Below are positions 9,492 to 19,181 of a stretch of DNA of 64,000 nucleotides, piece by piece. Both the position numbers and the translations under genes were made by a program. The stretch covers positions 11,126 through 75,125 of the forward strand of contig SVRI01000008.1 in assembly GCA_015064895.1 (NCBI GenBank), in the 5' to 3' direction. The stretch comes from Oscillospiraceae bacterium (GTDB lineage Bacteria; Bacillota; Clostridia; Oscillospirales; CAG-382). The notes beneath the pieces are model-generated. The model worked only from the letters and a program-made list of their open reading frames with translations, was not told where the DNA came from and made no database searches. How positions within the stretch are numbered: position 1 is the stretch's first letter; each line of letters starts with the position of its first letter.

Positions 9492-10739
9492 TTATTTCTC
9501 CAAAAATTTCTTCCACAGTCCCGATGACATAAACGCAAAAACCGCCGCAACAGTTGCCATTATGCTCCAGGACATAATTGTTGCCGTCCATCCGAAGTTC
9601 TCGGCAAGATAACCGTAGCCGAAGGTTGCAATTACCGCGCCAAAAGATGCAACAGCATTAAGTAAGGAGGCAACACCGCCCGACATATTCATTGCCGCAA
9701 ACTTTGACGGAATGATTACATTGATAAGCTGGTGTCCCGAATACATAAATGTTGTAACAAGTGTCAGAAGCAGAACCGCCACGCCGACGGGAATCACTCC
9801 CGTCTTAAGCAAAAGAAGTGTAAAGGGCAGAGAAATTACAAAGCAAAGTCCGAAGCACACCGCCTCGTTCTTTATAAATCTCGGATAAACAAGGTTTACA
9901 ATATATATCCCCGAAAGGTTTACAAGCAGAAGTATTGTTGTCAGGGCACTGGCAAAGCTTGGCGATGTGCCGTAATTTTCGGTAATCATTGTGGGAACCC
10001 AGCTTTTTAAGCCCATATCCATCATTGTACGGATAAGTGACGGGACAAGCATAAGGACAATTCCGCTTGAAACAAGTATTTTCCAGGTACTTTCTTTCTT
10101 GCCGTCATCCTCAACCTTCTGCATACTTTTACTTGTATCGGTATTATTTTCAAGCACCGGAACCGTCTTTTTTGCGGTAATTATCCACAGGAGTGTTGTG
10201 GCAACAAGTAAAATAAAGAAAACGTTGAAAATCATTCTCCATCCGGAAAACTTAAGAATAAGCGCCGCCGCACCGTAGTTTGCAAGCATACCCGTACAGT
10301 AGGCAAAGGCTATATAAATCATGGCTTTTCCTCTATGTTCGGGAACGAGATATTCAGACATTATTCTTATTACCGCGGGCCAGACGGCAAACTGCAAAAG
10401 ACCCATAAGACTCCAGAGCACCAGCATAACATAGAAATTATCTGCGACTGAAAAACCCACCATGGAAATCAACGCACCGAAAAGCGACATATTAATGAGC
10501 TTTACGGGTGAAACTCTGTCCACAAGTTTTACAAAAATCAGCTGTGCACCGCCGTAAAAAACATAGTAAGAAGCATTTATCGTGCCGGCAAGGGATTTTG
10601 TGAGAAAGCCCTCCCCTATTATCGAAACCATAGAAGCACCGAAAGCGTTTTTTGTCATACATATTACTGCATAGACAATCCAGCACACAAAAAACAAAGT
10701 ACGGCTCATTTTCTGTTCTTTTGTATGAGCATTTTTCAT
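9492..10739 (-). CDS. MFS transporter
   Basis: 415 aa with about 12 predicted TM helices. AGGGGG RBS. Confidence 0.82.
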   Translation of the reverse strand: MKNAHTKEQKMSRTLFFVCWIVYAVICMTKNAFGASMVSIIGEGFLTKSLAGTINASYYVFYGGAQLIFVKLVDRVSPVKLINMSLFGALISMVGFSVADNFYVMLVLWSLMGLLQFAVWPAVIRIMSEYLVPEHRGKAMIYIAFAYCTGMLANYGAAALILKFSGWRMIFNVFFILLVATTLLWIITAKKTVPVLENNTDTSKSMQKVEDDGKKESTWKILVSSGIVLMLVPSLIRTMMDMGLKSWVPTMITENYGTSPSFASALTTILLLVNLSGIYIVNLVYPRFIKNEAVCFGLCFVISLPFTLLLLKTGVIPVGVAVLLLTLVTTFMYSGHQLINVIIPSKFAAMNMSGGVASLLNAVASFGAVIATFGYGYLAENFGWTATIMSWSIMATVAAVFAFMSSGLWKKFLEK

Positions 10740-10816
10740 ATGACAGCCCCCTTTTTATGCTTCCTTTCAAGCAAAGATTGTAGCACACAAGTCACTCGTT
10801 GTCAACCGAATTTACA

Positions 10817-10845
10817 CAAAAAAAGCGATGCAAAAATGCATCGCT
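10817..10845 (-). terminator. intrinsic terminator after the 980-aa gene
   Basis: Minus strand reads agcgatgca-loop-tgcatcgct followed by TTTTTTT. Confidence 0.65.
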
Positions 10846-10853
10846 CTTTATTA

Positions 10854-13796
10854 TTAATTGTAAAGATCTCCGACATCAACCATAATATCGGGAATTACTG
10901 CGTCAACAACACTCAGCATATATTCACGCACTTTTTCATCAAGCTCTGTTTCAAGAAGTGCCGATGCAATTTCGAAAAGATTTGCCGTCACCTGTTCGCC
11001 GTAAACGGTAAACTCTTCACCTCCGACAGAGATTTTTGTATATGTCTTACAAACAAGGTTTGTGTCATAGTGCTTTTCGGGGATGTTATAAAGTACGCCT
11101 GCAAACACACAAAGCTCGTCATCCGTGCTGTCAAAAACGATGTCCAGAGCTATATTCTTATTATATGCAACACCGTAAACATAGGTTGAAAAATCAAAGT
11201 TGAGCTGATTATCTCCAAGCAGATCTTCTCTTGTTATGATAAAGCCGTATTCTTCAATTGTGTATTCCGTCTCTTGATTCTTTACCGAAGTAAGAACATC
11301 TGCCTTGAAGCGGATACCCGACTTTTCGCTTACTCTTACCGAGCTTTCATAGTCGCTGTTTGTGTAGCTTTCAAGTGAAAGCTTTTCATATGTAAGAGAA
11401 GCGGCATCAACATAGTAGTAGTTTGTTTTTACAACGTCACCGTCTTCTGTCTTTTCAACAACCTCAACAACAAGGTTTTCATCTGCCGCAACAACATAGA
11501 GTTTATTGTTGTTTTCCACTACAGGCTTCTGTTCGCCGCCTATTTCGCAGTATCTTACATTGCCGGAAGAAGCTCTTTCGCCAAGGTCGATTTCAACTGT
11601 ACTGCCATAGCTTTCGCCTGCCGGAATTACAACCTCGTTTCCGTCAACAATTGCATAAATGTCAATATCGGAAGTGTTTGTAACAATACCGTCTTCAACC
11701 GTTACTTGCTGCATCGCCTTTACGTATTCAACATACTTATGGGGCTGGGGATTCCAGATGTTCTGACCCGAATGGGTAAAGTCATTGAGGAAATCATCCA
11801 TTACATACCAGTTATCGTTAACGGGATAGAACACCGAGTGAGACCAGAGTGAGAAGAGTGTAAGCTCATCCGATTCAAGCGCAAAGTATTCATCGGCATA
11901 CTTTGTGAGATATGTAACGTCGTTGTGCCAGTCAACACAGGTCCACCTCCAGTTGGGACCGAAGGATGTGGGAACTGCGAAGTAATCTCCGCCTGCCTCT
12001 GCGGGTGCGCTTCTTACATATTCGTAGTTTTCCATAACGTGATTCACAACCGCTTCTCTGTCACCGTGGGACACAGGCCAGATCATGCCGTGAATGCTGC
12101 CTTCACCAAAGATACCTTCAAGGATTTCCTTACCCTTTTTGCAGTCTTCTATACAAAGAGCATCTGTTGTGGATGTGTTTGACTGCATCATACCTATATG
12201 AGAATAGGAATGGTTTGCAATTTCAAAGCCGTCATAAAGCTCTTTGAGAGAGGCAATTTTTGTTTCATTTGCGTTTTCATAGGGTCTTGCAACAAGGTTG
12301 AATGCCGCATTAAAGCCGTGGTTTCTGAATCTCTGTGTAAGACCTACGTCGGAACGCTGATTGCCGTCGTCCTCGTCTGTTGAGAATATAATCGCCTTCT
12401 TGGCAAAACCGGGATATACAAGCTGAACAGCTTCTTCGGAAGGTGTTTCCGTGCCTTCCCAGATTGCGTAAAGGGTTGTGTTTTTCGTTACTGTATCGGT
12501 GGAAGAAACGATATCGGCTGCCGATACGGTTGTGCTCCAGCCCTTGAATGTAAAGCCGTCACGTGCAGGGTTCTTTTCAGGAATGGGCATGGAAGAATTT
12601 TTATCTACATATACCGTTCTTCTCTTGGGCATATCCGAAACCTTGCCGCTTTTGTTGTTGGCAACATAAGTTACGGAATACTTGCCTTCTTTGACAACAA
12701 CCTCAGGGTCGGGAACGGGGTCTGCTTCTACTGCATTGTGGGGAATAAATTTAATATAGTCAACATAGCATTTTACATTTGATGCACCTGTTGCAAAACC
12801 TGTGCCGAAGAAGATTTCGCCGATTTTTCTGTTTTCAATGCCCGAATACGTTGAGAGGCTGAACTTTACAGTCATATACTCACCTGCACTTGATGCAGAA
12901 AACAACTGGTTTAAAGACTGAGACCAGAGGCTCACCTCAACAGCATTTGTCTCTCTGTTGAGCTGTGCACAGTAGAGCATACACGAGCTGTTACCCGATG
13001 TCGGAATGCCCGTAACCTTGAATCTTACTTCAATTTCGGCATAGTCTGTTCCGTTGATGTCATATTTTGAAAGAACATCGCCTCTGAAGCCTGAGTTTCT
13101 GTCGGTGGTGTTTGTATAGATTACAGCTTCACCGTCGTAGGTGACATCGGAAATCGAAACGCCGTACATTCCGAAAAACTCATCGGCTTCAAGACCGAAG
13201 TCGAGGGTTACTATGCCGTTTTCGTCTTTGGTAATTCCCTTGCCGGGCTCTGCCGCAGGAATAAACTTTATGTAGTCGATATAGCACTTTACACCTGCGG
13301 AACCGGAATTAAGACCTATACCGAAAAAGCTTTCGCCCAATTTATTATCGGCAAGTGCAGGAAACTGTGAAAGGTTCCATACCTGAGTAACATACTCGGG
13401 TGATGCCGAATAAGGAACGGAAGCTGAGAAAACAGAGCTCCAGAGTCCTACTTTTTGAGCGTCGGTTTCTCTGTCAAGCTGCTGGAAATAGAAAAGCGAG
13501 CTTGTGCCGTTTGTAGTTACGGTGTTTTCAACCTTGTATCTTACTTCAATCTTGGAATAGTCTGTGCCGTTGATATCGAGTGAAGAAAGGGGTGTGCCTC
13601 GAAGTCCCGAATTGCCGGGGGTCTTGTTTGTATAAACAAGCGCCGTTCCATCATAGGAAATGTTTTCGATTTCATAGGCTGAGTATCCGAAAAGTCCGTC
13701 GGATTCCTTACCGAAGTCGAAGATTATTTCCTCGGCACAAAATGCTGTGAGAGAAAGTGAAAGTGCAAGAATTAAGCAAAAAAATATCTTTTTCAT
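10854..13796 (-). CDS. secreted multidomain protein: two tandem unassigned jelly-roll-like domains, Listeria-Bacteroides-type repeat, polysaccharide deacetylase (CE4/NodB-like) domain, C-terminal region
   Basis: Signal peptide MKKIFFCLILALSLSLTAFCA. Tandem ~165-aa repeat ending YIDYIKFIP / YVDYIKFIP. FTFKGWS...LYAIWE repeat. NodB-like stretch IIFSTDEDD...ANHSYSH. Confidence 0.75.
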   Translation of the reverse strand: MKKIFFCLILALSLSLTAFCAEEIIFDFGKESDGLFGYSAYEIENISYDGTALVYTNKTPGNSGLRGTPLSSLDINGTDYSKIEVRYKVENTVTTNGTSSLFYFQQLDRETDAQKVGLWSSVFSASVPYSASPEYVTQVWNLSQFPALADNKLGESFFGIGLNSGSAGVKCYIDYIKFIPAAEPGKGITKDENGIVTLDFGLEADEFFGMYGVSISDVTYDGEAVIYTNTTDRNSGFRGDVLSKYDINGTDYAEIEVRFKVTGIPTSGNSSCMLYCAQLNRETNAVEVSLWSQSLNQLFSASSAGEYMTVKFSLSTYSGIENRKIGEIFFGTGFATGASNVKCYVDYIKFIPHNAVEADPVPDPEVVVKEGKYSVTYVANNKSGKVSDMPKRRTVYVDKNSSMPIPEKNPARDGFTFKGWSTTVSAADIVSSTDTVTKNTTLYAIWEGTETPSEEAVQLVYPGFAKKAIIFSTDEDDGNQRSDVGLTQRFRNHGFNAAFNLVARPYENANETKIASLKELYDGFEIANHSYSHIGMMQSNTSTTDALCIEDCKKGKEILEGIFGEGSIHGMIWPVSHGDREAVVNHVMENYEYVRSAPAEAGGDYFAVPTSFGPNWRWTCVDWHNDVTYLTKYADEYFALESDELTLFSLWSHSVFYPVNDNWYVMDDFLNDFTHSGQNIWNPQPHKYVEYVKAMQQVTVEDGIVTNTSDIDIYAIVDGNEVVIPAGESYGSTVEIDLGERASSGNVRYCEIGGEQKPVVENNNKLYVVAADENLVVEVVEKTEDGDVVKTNYYYVDAASLTYEKLSLESYTNSDYESSVRVSEKSGIRFKADVLTSVKNQETEYTIEEYGFIITREDLLGDNQLNFDFSTYVYGVAYNKNIALDIVFDSTDDELCVFAGVLYNIPEKHYDTNLVCKTYTKISVGGEEFTVYGEQVTANLFEIASALLETELDEKVREYMLSVVDAVIPDIMVDVGDLYN

Positions 13797-13941
13797 ATTT
13801 TGCCTCCCGTTTTAAAATGTTAATACAAAGTTATTGTATCACGTCTTTCTATCCTTGTCAAACAAATATAACCAAAAGCATATTATTCACACCTATTTCA
13901 TAACCCTCATTTATAATAAGAAATATAAGAGAGGTGTTTTT

Positions 13942-15123
13942 ATGAGTATGAACTCTACCCCAAATGCAAACCGCAGTCACATCGGCTTTTTCGGCTCGAC
14001 AAATGCAGGTAAATCAAGTCTTGTCAATGCCGTAACCAATCAGCCGCTATCCCTTGTGTCCCCCGTTTCGGGCACAACTACCGACCCTGTACACAAAGCC
14101 ATGGAGCTTTTGCCCTTCGGTCCTGTTGTAATTATCGACACACCCGGCTTTGACGACTGCAGTATACTCGGTGAACTTCGAATGAAAAAGACAAAGGAAA
14201 TTATCGCAAAGTGCGACCTTGCGGTGCTTGTCTCCTCTGCAAAAGACGGTCTTTCCGACACCGACACCACACTTCTTGAGCTTTTCAGAAACAGAGGTAT
14301 ACCCTTTGTTATCTGCTACAACAAGGCAGACGAAGCCGACAGGAAAATTCCTTTGGAAGAAAACGCCGTTTACACAAGTGCTACCGAAAACACAGGCATT
14401 GAGGAACTCAAAAACCTCATGGCAAAGGTGTTGTCAAAGAACGCATCACCCGAAAAGCCTATAATCTCGGATTTGGTTTGTGAAAACGACCTTGTAATAC
14501 TTGTTGTTCCCATAGATTCATCTGCACCCAAGGGCAGAATAATCCTTCCCCAACAGCAGGTTATCCGTGACGGACTTGATGTCGGAGCAGAAATCATGGT
14601 GGTCAAGGAAACAAGCCTTGCACATACCCTTGAAACTATCGGTCGCGTACCAAAGCTTGTTATAACCGACAGCCAGGTTTTCGGCAAGGTTATGAAGATT
14701 GTTCCCCGTGAGATTCCGTTGACATCCTTCTCAATTCTTATGGCAAGATACAAGGGTTTCCTCGATGAAGCAGTAAAGGGTGCAAAGATGTTAGAGAAAC
14801 TTTCTGACGGAAGCAAGATTCTCATTTCCGAGGGTTGTTCTCACCACAGACAATGTGAGGACATCGGAACAGTAAAGCTCCCGGGCTGGATAAAGAACTA
14901 CTGTAAAAAAGACGTGGAATTTGTCTTTACACAGGGTACGGATTTCCCCGAAGATTTATCGGGATTTGATGTTGTTATCCATTGCGGCGGATGTATGCTG
15001 ACGGAAAGAGAAGTTATCCGCAGAAGAAAACAGGCGGAGTATCAGGGCGTGCCGTTTACAAACTATGGCACAACCATTGCACATATTAATGGGATACTCG
15101 AGAGAAGTATTGAGATGTTGTAA
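13942..15123 (+). CDS. hydF: [FeFe]-hydrogenase maturation GTPase HydF
   Basis: P-loop GSTNAGKSS and DTPG. C-terminal CSHH...HCGGC cluster motif. Start set to ATG 13942 behind GAGAGGTG. Confidence 0.82.
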   Translation: MSMNSTPNANRSHIGFFGSTNAGKSSLVNAVTNQPLSLVSPVSGTTTDPVHKAMELLPFGPVVIIDTPGFDDCSILGELRMKKTKEIIAKCDLAVLVSSAKDGLSDTDTTLLELFRNRGIPFVICYNKADEADRKIPLEENAVYTSATENTGIEELKNLMAKVLSKNASPEKPIISDLVCENDLVILVVPIDSSAPKGRIILPQQQVIRDGLDVGAEIMVVKETSLAHTLETIGRVPKLVITDSQVFGKVMKIVPREIPLTSFSILMARYKGFLDEAVKGAKMLEKLSDGSKILISEGCSHHRQCEDIGTVKLPGWIKNYCKKDVEFVFTQGTDFPEDLSGFDVVIHCGGCMLTEREVIRRRKQAEYQGVPFTNYGTTIAHINGILERSIEML

Positions 15124-15232
15124 ATTCCTTGTGCAAAACACTGTGCCATATCGTTTAAATACATAGGTGGCTTGACAGTCCATTGACACTTAGTATTGAT
15201 CGCAATAAAATGATTGTCAGAGGTGAGCAAAT

Positions 15233-16237
15233 ATGACTGACAAAAAAACATTCGGTTTGTTCATTAAACAAAAACGAACCGAGAAAAACTATTCACAAAA
15301 AGATTTGGCACAAATGCTGTTTGTTACGGAATGGGCTGTGAGCAAATGGGAACGCGGTGTGTCATACCCCGACATTACACTGATTTCCGACATTTGCCGT
15401 GTTCTTGACATAAGCGAACACGAGCTGATCACCGCTTCAACCGATACGGATGCAAGAAAAATGAGGCAGGAGGCACGCGCATTTCGCGTAATCAGCGGGG
15501 CTTGGTTTTGGGTTCCGACAATCTCCTATGCCATAGCTCTTGTGATTTGTTTTATATGCAACCTTGCCGTAAACCATACGCTTTCATGGTTTTTTATTGT
15601 GTTGTCATCACTTATTTGTGCCTATTCCTTTATTCCGACATTTACATCCTTTTTTAAATCGAAAAAGCTGCTTGTTTTTACAGCAACAAGCTATATTTCG
15701 ATTTGTTTGCTTTTATTCACTTGTGCAGCATATACCGGTACTTTGTATTGGTTTCCGACTGCCTGTATCGGTATTTTAATGGGTTATGTACTGTTATTTT
15801 TACCCATCCTGTTATCAGACAGCAAGCTTTCCCGATATAGATTTATTATTTCATTTACAATTGTATTTGCCTTAACTCTTATGCTGTTATTGTGTGTTAG
15901 AATCCATAATCCGTTCAGAATCATGCCTGCAATATTGATTACGTGCTATGGATTTACTCCCGCAATTCTTTGCACAATTATTTGTATGTTTCGTTTTGAC
16001 GCTTTTATCAAGGTGGGAATTTGTATCAGTTTGTGTACGGTTATGTATTATTTCGCAGAATATGTAACAGACATATTATTTGGCACAAACGGCGGCTCTT
16101 ATCGGATAAATTTTAACAATTGGCAACAGTATACCGAGGGAAATGTTTACTTTATTTCTTTGATATCTCTTTTGCTTATAAGTGTTGTTTTTACCGGTGT
16201 GGGCATTTTAAGAATTTACAGGAAGAATGATAGATAA
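15233..16237 (+). CDS. XRE-family HTH domain fused to a polytopic membrane domain
   Basis: N-terminal HTH (YSQKDLAQMLFVTEWAVSKWERG) followed by about 7 hydrophobic helices. Confidence 0.72.
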   Translation: MTDKKTFGLFIKQKRTEKNYSQKDLAQMLFVTEWAVSKWERGVSYPDITLISDICRVLDISEHELITASTDTDARKMRQEARAFRVISGAWFWVPTISYAIALVICFICNLAVNHTLSWFFIVLSSLICAYSFIPTFTSFFKSKKLLVFTATSYISICLLLFTCAAYTGTLYWFPTACIGILMGYVLLFLPILLSDSKLSRYRFIISFTIVFALTLMLLLCVRIHNPFRIMPAILITCYGFTPAILCTIICMFRFDAFIKVGICISLCTVMYYFAEYVTDILFGTNGGSYRINFNNWQQYTEGNVYFISLISLLLISVVFTGVGILRIYRKNDR

Positions 16238-16239
16238 AA

Positions 16240-16494
16240 CTCCTGATATAATATCAGAAAGCACCCTTTCGGGTGCTTGTCGAGAGGCTCGACACCCGGG
16301 TTCACGGGGTGTCGTCGTATAAACCAAAGCATTGTATTTCGCACAATAAACATAATCAAAATTCCCCGATGTCGTTTGACATCGGGGAATCGTCATATTC
16401 GGGCAAATTTAATTGTTTTGCACCTTTACGGAATGGGTGCTAAATTCTTTTCTTTTTTGCTTACTTTTTTCTTTTCAGCAAAGAAAAAAGTAAG
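16240..16494. repeat. chain of hairpins ending in the terminal hairpin module of the mosaic repeat family
   Basis: Hairpins at 16244-58, 16261-78, about 16290-16315, 16364-86 and 16421-40. The terminal module ttttcttttttg + cttacttttttctttt/aaagaaaaaagtaag (16460-16494) abuts the ADH stop codon. Confidence 0.65.
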
Positions 16495-17637
16495 TTAAAT
16501 AAATATGTCAATCTTATCAAGTATTTCCTCAATACCCTTAGCATCAACCACTCTCGGGTTTGTCGCCGTACACGCATCGGCAATGGCACTTTCGATAATG
16601 TGCTGTTTTGCCTTTTTATATTGGTCAATCGTAACGCCTGCTTCACCGAGGGTTGTGGGGATATTCAGCCAGCGCTGGTATTCCTTGATTTTGTGAATCA
16701 TGTTTCGAACACCGACATCGGGAGAATTGCCGGGATAACCAAGTCGTCTTGCCAAACCTTCGAGCTTGTCGGCTGTGGCGTTTGCGTTCTTTACACAGAA
16801 CTTGATATCAAGCTCTGTATTATATCTTAAAACATGAGGAAGAAGCATCGCATTTGCTCTGCCGTGGGGTATATGGAAATGTGCTCCGAGTGCATGGGCA
16901 ATGGAGTGGTTTACACCGAGACCTGCTTCGTTGAAGGCAATACCTGCAAGGCAGGAAGCTGTGTGCATCTTTTCTCTTGCTATCATATCGTTACCGTTTT
17001 TATATGCAGGCACGATATATTCCGCCCAGAGTTCAACCGCCTTTTCGGCAAGAGCATCGGAAAACTCGTTTGCATTCTTTGAAATATAAGCTTCAAGGGC
17101 ATGAGTAAGCACATCAAAGCCTGTATCAGCCGTAACTGTCGGAGGTACGCTTGCTGTCAGCTCACAGGAAAGAATTGCCATTTCGGGAAGCATTTCTTCG
17201 TCAACTAGCGGTATCTTTTTACCTGCCTGTCTGTCGGAAATCACCGCAAATTCGGTAACCTCCGAACCTGTTCCGCTGGTTGTGGGAACGGCAATAAGGC
17301 GGATATATTTTCCCGTATGCTTTCTCGCAACGTAAACAGTTCCCTTTGCCGCATCTATTGCCGAGCCGCCGCCGACTGCAACAACAAGGTCGATTTCATT
17401 TTCAATCAAAAACTTAAGACCGCTTGCTACCGTTTCAACAGGCGGGTCGGGAACGACATCCGAATAGATAGATACATTCTCGCAGGAAGTCAAAAGCTCT
17501 TTTATTCTGTTCGCAGTGCCGTTGTCTGTAAGAAACCTGTCGGTGAACACGACAACATTTTTGCCCTGTACGCTCTTAAGTGCTTCAAGGGCATTCTGTC
17601 CGAAAATAATATCTGTTTTAAGTTTGAATCTTTGCAT
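16495..17637 (-). CDS. iron-containing (group III) alcohol dehydrogenase (PduQ/FucO-like)
   Basis: 380 aa. GGGSAID motif and His-rich metal site (HALGAHFHIPHG). Last gene of the BMC-associated cluster. No N-terminal extension. Confidence 0.88.
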   Translation of the reverse strand: MQRFKLKTDIIFGQNALEALKSVQGKNVVVFTDRFLTDNGTANRIKELLTSCENVSIYSDVVPDPPVETVASGLKFLIENEIDLVVAVGGGSAIDAAKGTVYVARKHTGKYIRLIAVPTTSGTGSEVTEFAVISDRQAGKKIPLVDEEMLPEMAILSCELTASVPPTVTADTGFDVLTHALEAYISKNANEFSDALAEKAVELWAEYIVPAYKNGNDMIAREKMHTASCLAGIAFNEAGLGVNHSIAHALGAHFHIPHGRANAMLLPHVLRYNTELDIKFCVKNANATADKLEGLARRLGYPGNSPDVGVRNMIHKIKEYQRWLNIPTTLGEAGVTIDQYKKAKQHIIESAIADACTATNPRVVDAKGIEEILDKIDIFI

Positions 17638-17640
17638 TTA

Positions 17641-17782
17641 CTTCACCCCTTACTTTTCTTTCGCAGAAAAGTAAGCAAAAGAACTCGCATTCAGCACCGC
17701 CCTTTTGCAATATGAATGTTTATGTCAACTTCTCGATTGCAGTTTCATTTTGCCGCATATAAGGCACGCGGCAAAATGAGTG
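17641..17782. repeat. mosaic repeat, 5'-leader module (half element)
   Basis: Hairpin cttacttttct/agaaaagtaag + gcaaaagaactcgca + ...ttctcgat... + hairpin cattttgccgc/gcggcaaaatg. Homologous to 23541-23672, 25529-25670 and 63340-63480. Confidence 0.8.
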
Positions 17783-18541
17783 CTAATAATATAATTCTAC
17801 ATTGTTGGAAGCAAAATAGCTCTTCCATTCTTCGCTCGGTTCTTTATCTGTAACAACACAATCGACTTCGCCGATATTCGCAAGTCTTACAAAGCTTGTC
17901 TTATCAAACTTTGTGTTATCAACCGCAAGGAAAACCTTCTTTGCCGAACGCATAAACGCCTTCTTGATTGTTGCGTTATAGTCTCTTGTATCTGTAATGC
18001 CCTTTTCCATGTCAAGACCTTTACAGGAAATGACACAAAGGTCAACATTATATTCGTCAATAATCGACTCTACCTGTCTGCCTGCAAAGGAAAGGGAGCT
18101 TTGAACAAACTCGCCGCCTGTACAAATTACACGCCAGTCGCTGTTCTGAGGAAGCTCAAGGAGAACCTCAATAGAGTTTGTGAGAAGCGTGATATTATGT
18201 CTGTCGGCTATTTCCTTGACGGTAAAGAGAGCAGTTGTTGAAGCATCAAGAAGAATATAGTCGCCGTCACTGATATGTTCTGCGATTTTCTCGGCAATAT
18301 ACTTTTTGCCCTCAACATTTGTCTGCTTTCTGACAGTGAGAGGAAGCTCTGTATTCAAGTTTTCGTTCTTGACAGCACCGCCGTAGGTCTTCTTTGCAAG
18401 ACCTTCCTTTTCGAGTTTGTCAAGGTCACGTCTTATTGTTTCTTCCGTAACATCAAACTCTAAAGCCAAGTCGCTGACAATAACCTTTCCTTCTGCCATA
18501 AGACGCGAAAGGATAGTATTTTTTCTTTCGATTGGAAGCAA
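17783..18541 (-). CDS. DeoR-family transcriptional regulator
   Basis: 252 aa. N-terminal wHTH (RLMAEGKVIVSDLALEFDVTEETIRRDL) plus a sugar-phosphate sensor domain. Apparent TTG start behind AGGGGG. Confidence 0.88.
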   Translation of the reverse strand: MLPIERKNTILSRLMAEGKVIVSDLALEFDVTEETIRRDLDKLEKEGLAKKTYGGAVKNENLNTELPLTVRKQTNVEGKKYIAEKIAEHISDGDYILLDASTTALFTVKEIADRHNITLLTNSIEVLLELPQNSDWRVICTGGEFVQSSLSFAGRQVESIIDEYNVDLCVISCKGLDMEKGITDTRDYNATIKKAFMRSAKKVFLAVDNTKFDKTSFVRLANIGEVDCVVTDKEPSEEWKSYFASNNVELYY

Positions 18542-18621
18542 GGGATAACCCCCTATTCTCTATATTGTGATATGGGCGACCGCAAGGGCCGCCCGTTGTT
18601 TATTCATTCCGAATTCCGCAC

Positions 18622-19170
18622 TCACAGTATGCTATCCCAAATTGATGGGTCAGGATTGGGAATTACCGAGTAGTCGAGAAGAAGACCGTTATCTCCCACA
18701 ACCCTCTTTGCATTTTCAATCGCCGCAGTTACGGATGCAACAGTTCCTGTGAGAAGCATATAAGATTTTCCGCACATACCGCGTGCGATTCTAAGTTCGA
18801 TAAGCTTTACCTCTGCCGCCTTTGCCGCAGTATCTGCAGCAACTATGATTGAAGGGGCGGTGAATGTTTCAAGAACACCGAGAGCTTTTACACCCTCAAT
18901 ATTTGCTCCGCCATAGATTGCCTTGAAGATATCCTCATGGGGATTACCGAGAACAAAGGAATCTGTAAGCTGGTCAGGATAAAGTGCCTTTGCAGAATCA
19001 ACCGAGCTTCTTACTGCGGAAAGTTCGCCTGTAATAAGTACTATGTATTTACCGGGACAAACAGTTGATGCCTGAAGGATTTCGACATTAGAAGTCTTAA
19101 CCATGTTATCAGCCGCTGTCATACCTGTGGATACGGTTTTATATTCAACCATTCCGATTGCTTTACTCAT
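18622..19170 (-). CDS. tandem-BMC-domain shell protein (BMC-T, PduT-like)
   Basis: 182 aa with two BMC repeats. A Cys in STVCPGKY sits at the position of the PduT pore Fe-S ligand. Confidence 0.82.
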   Translation of the reverse strand: MSKAIGMVEYKTVSTGMTAADNMVKTSNVEILQASTVCPGKYIVLITGELSAVRSSVDSAKALYPDQLTDSFVLGNPHEDIFKAIYGGANIEGVKALGVLETFTAPSIIVAADTAAKAAEVKLIELRIARGMCGKSYMLLTGTVASVTAAIENAKRVVGDNGLLLDYSVIPNPDPSIWDSIL

Positions 19171-19181
19171 CTGTAATCACC

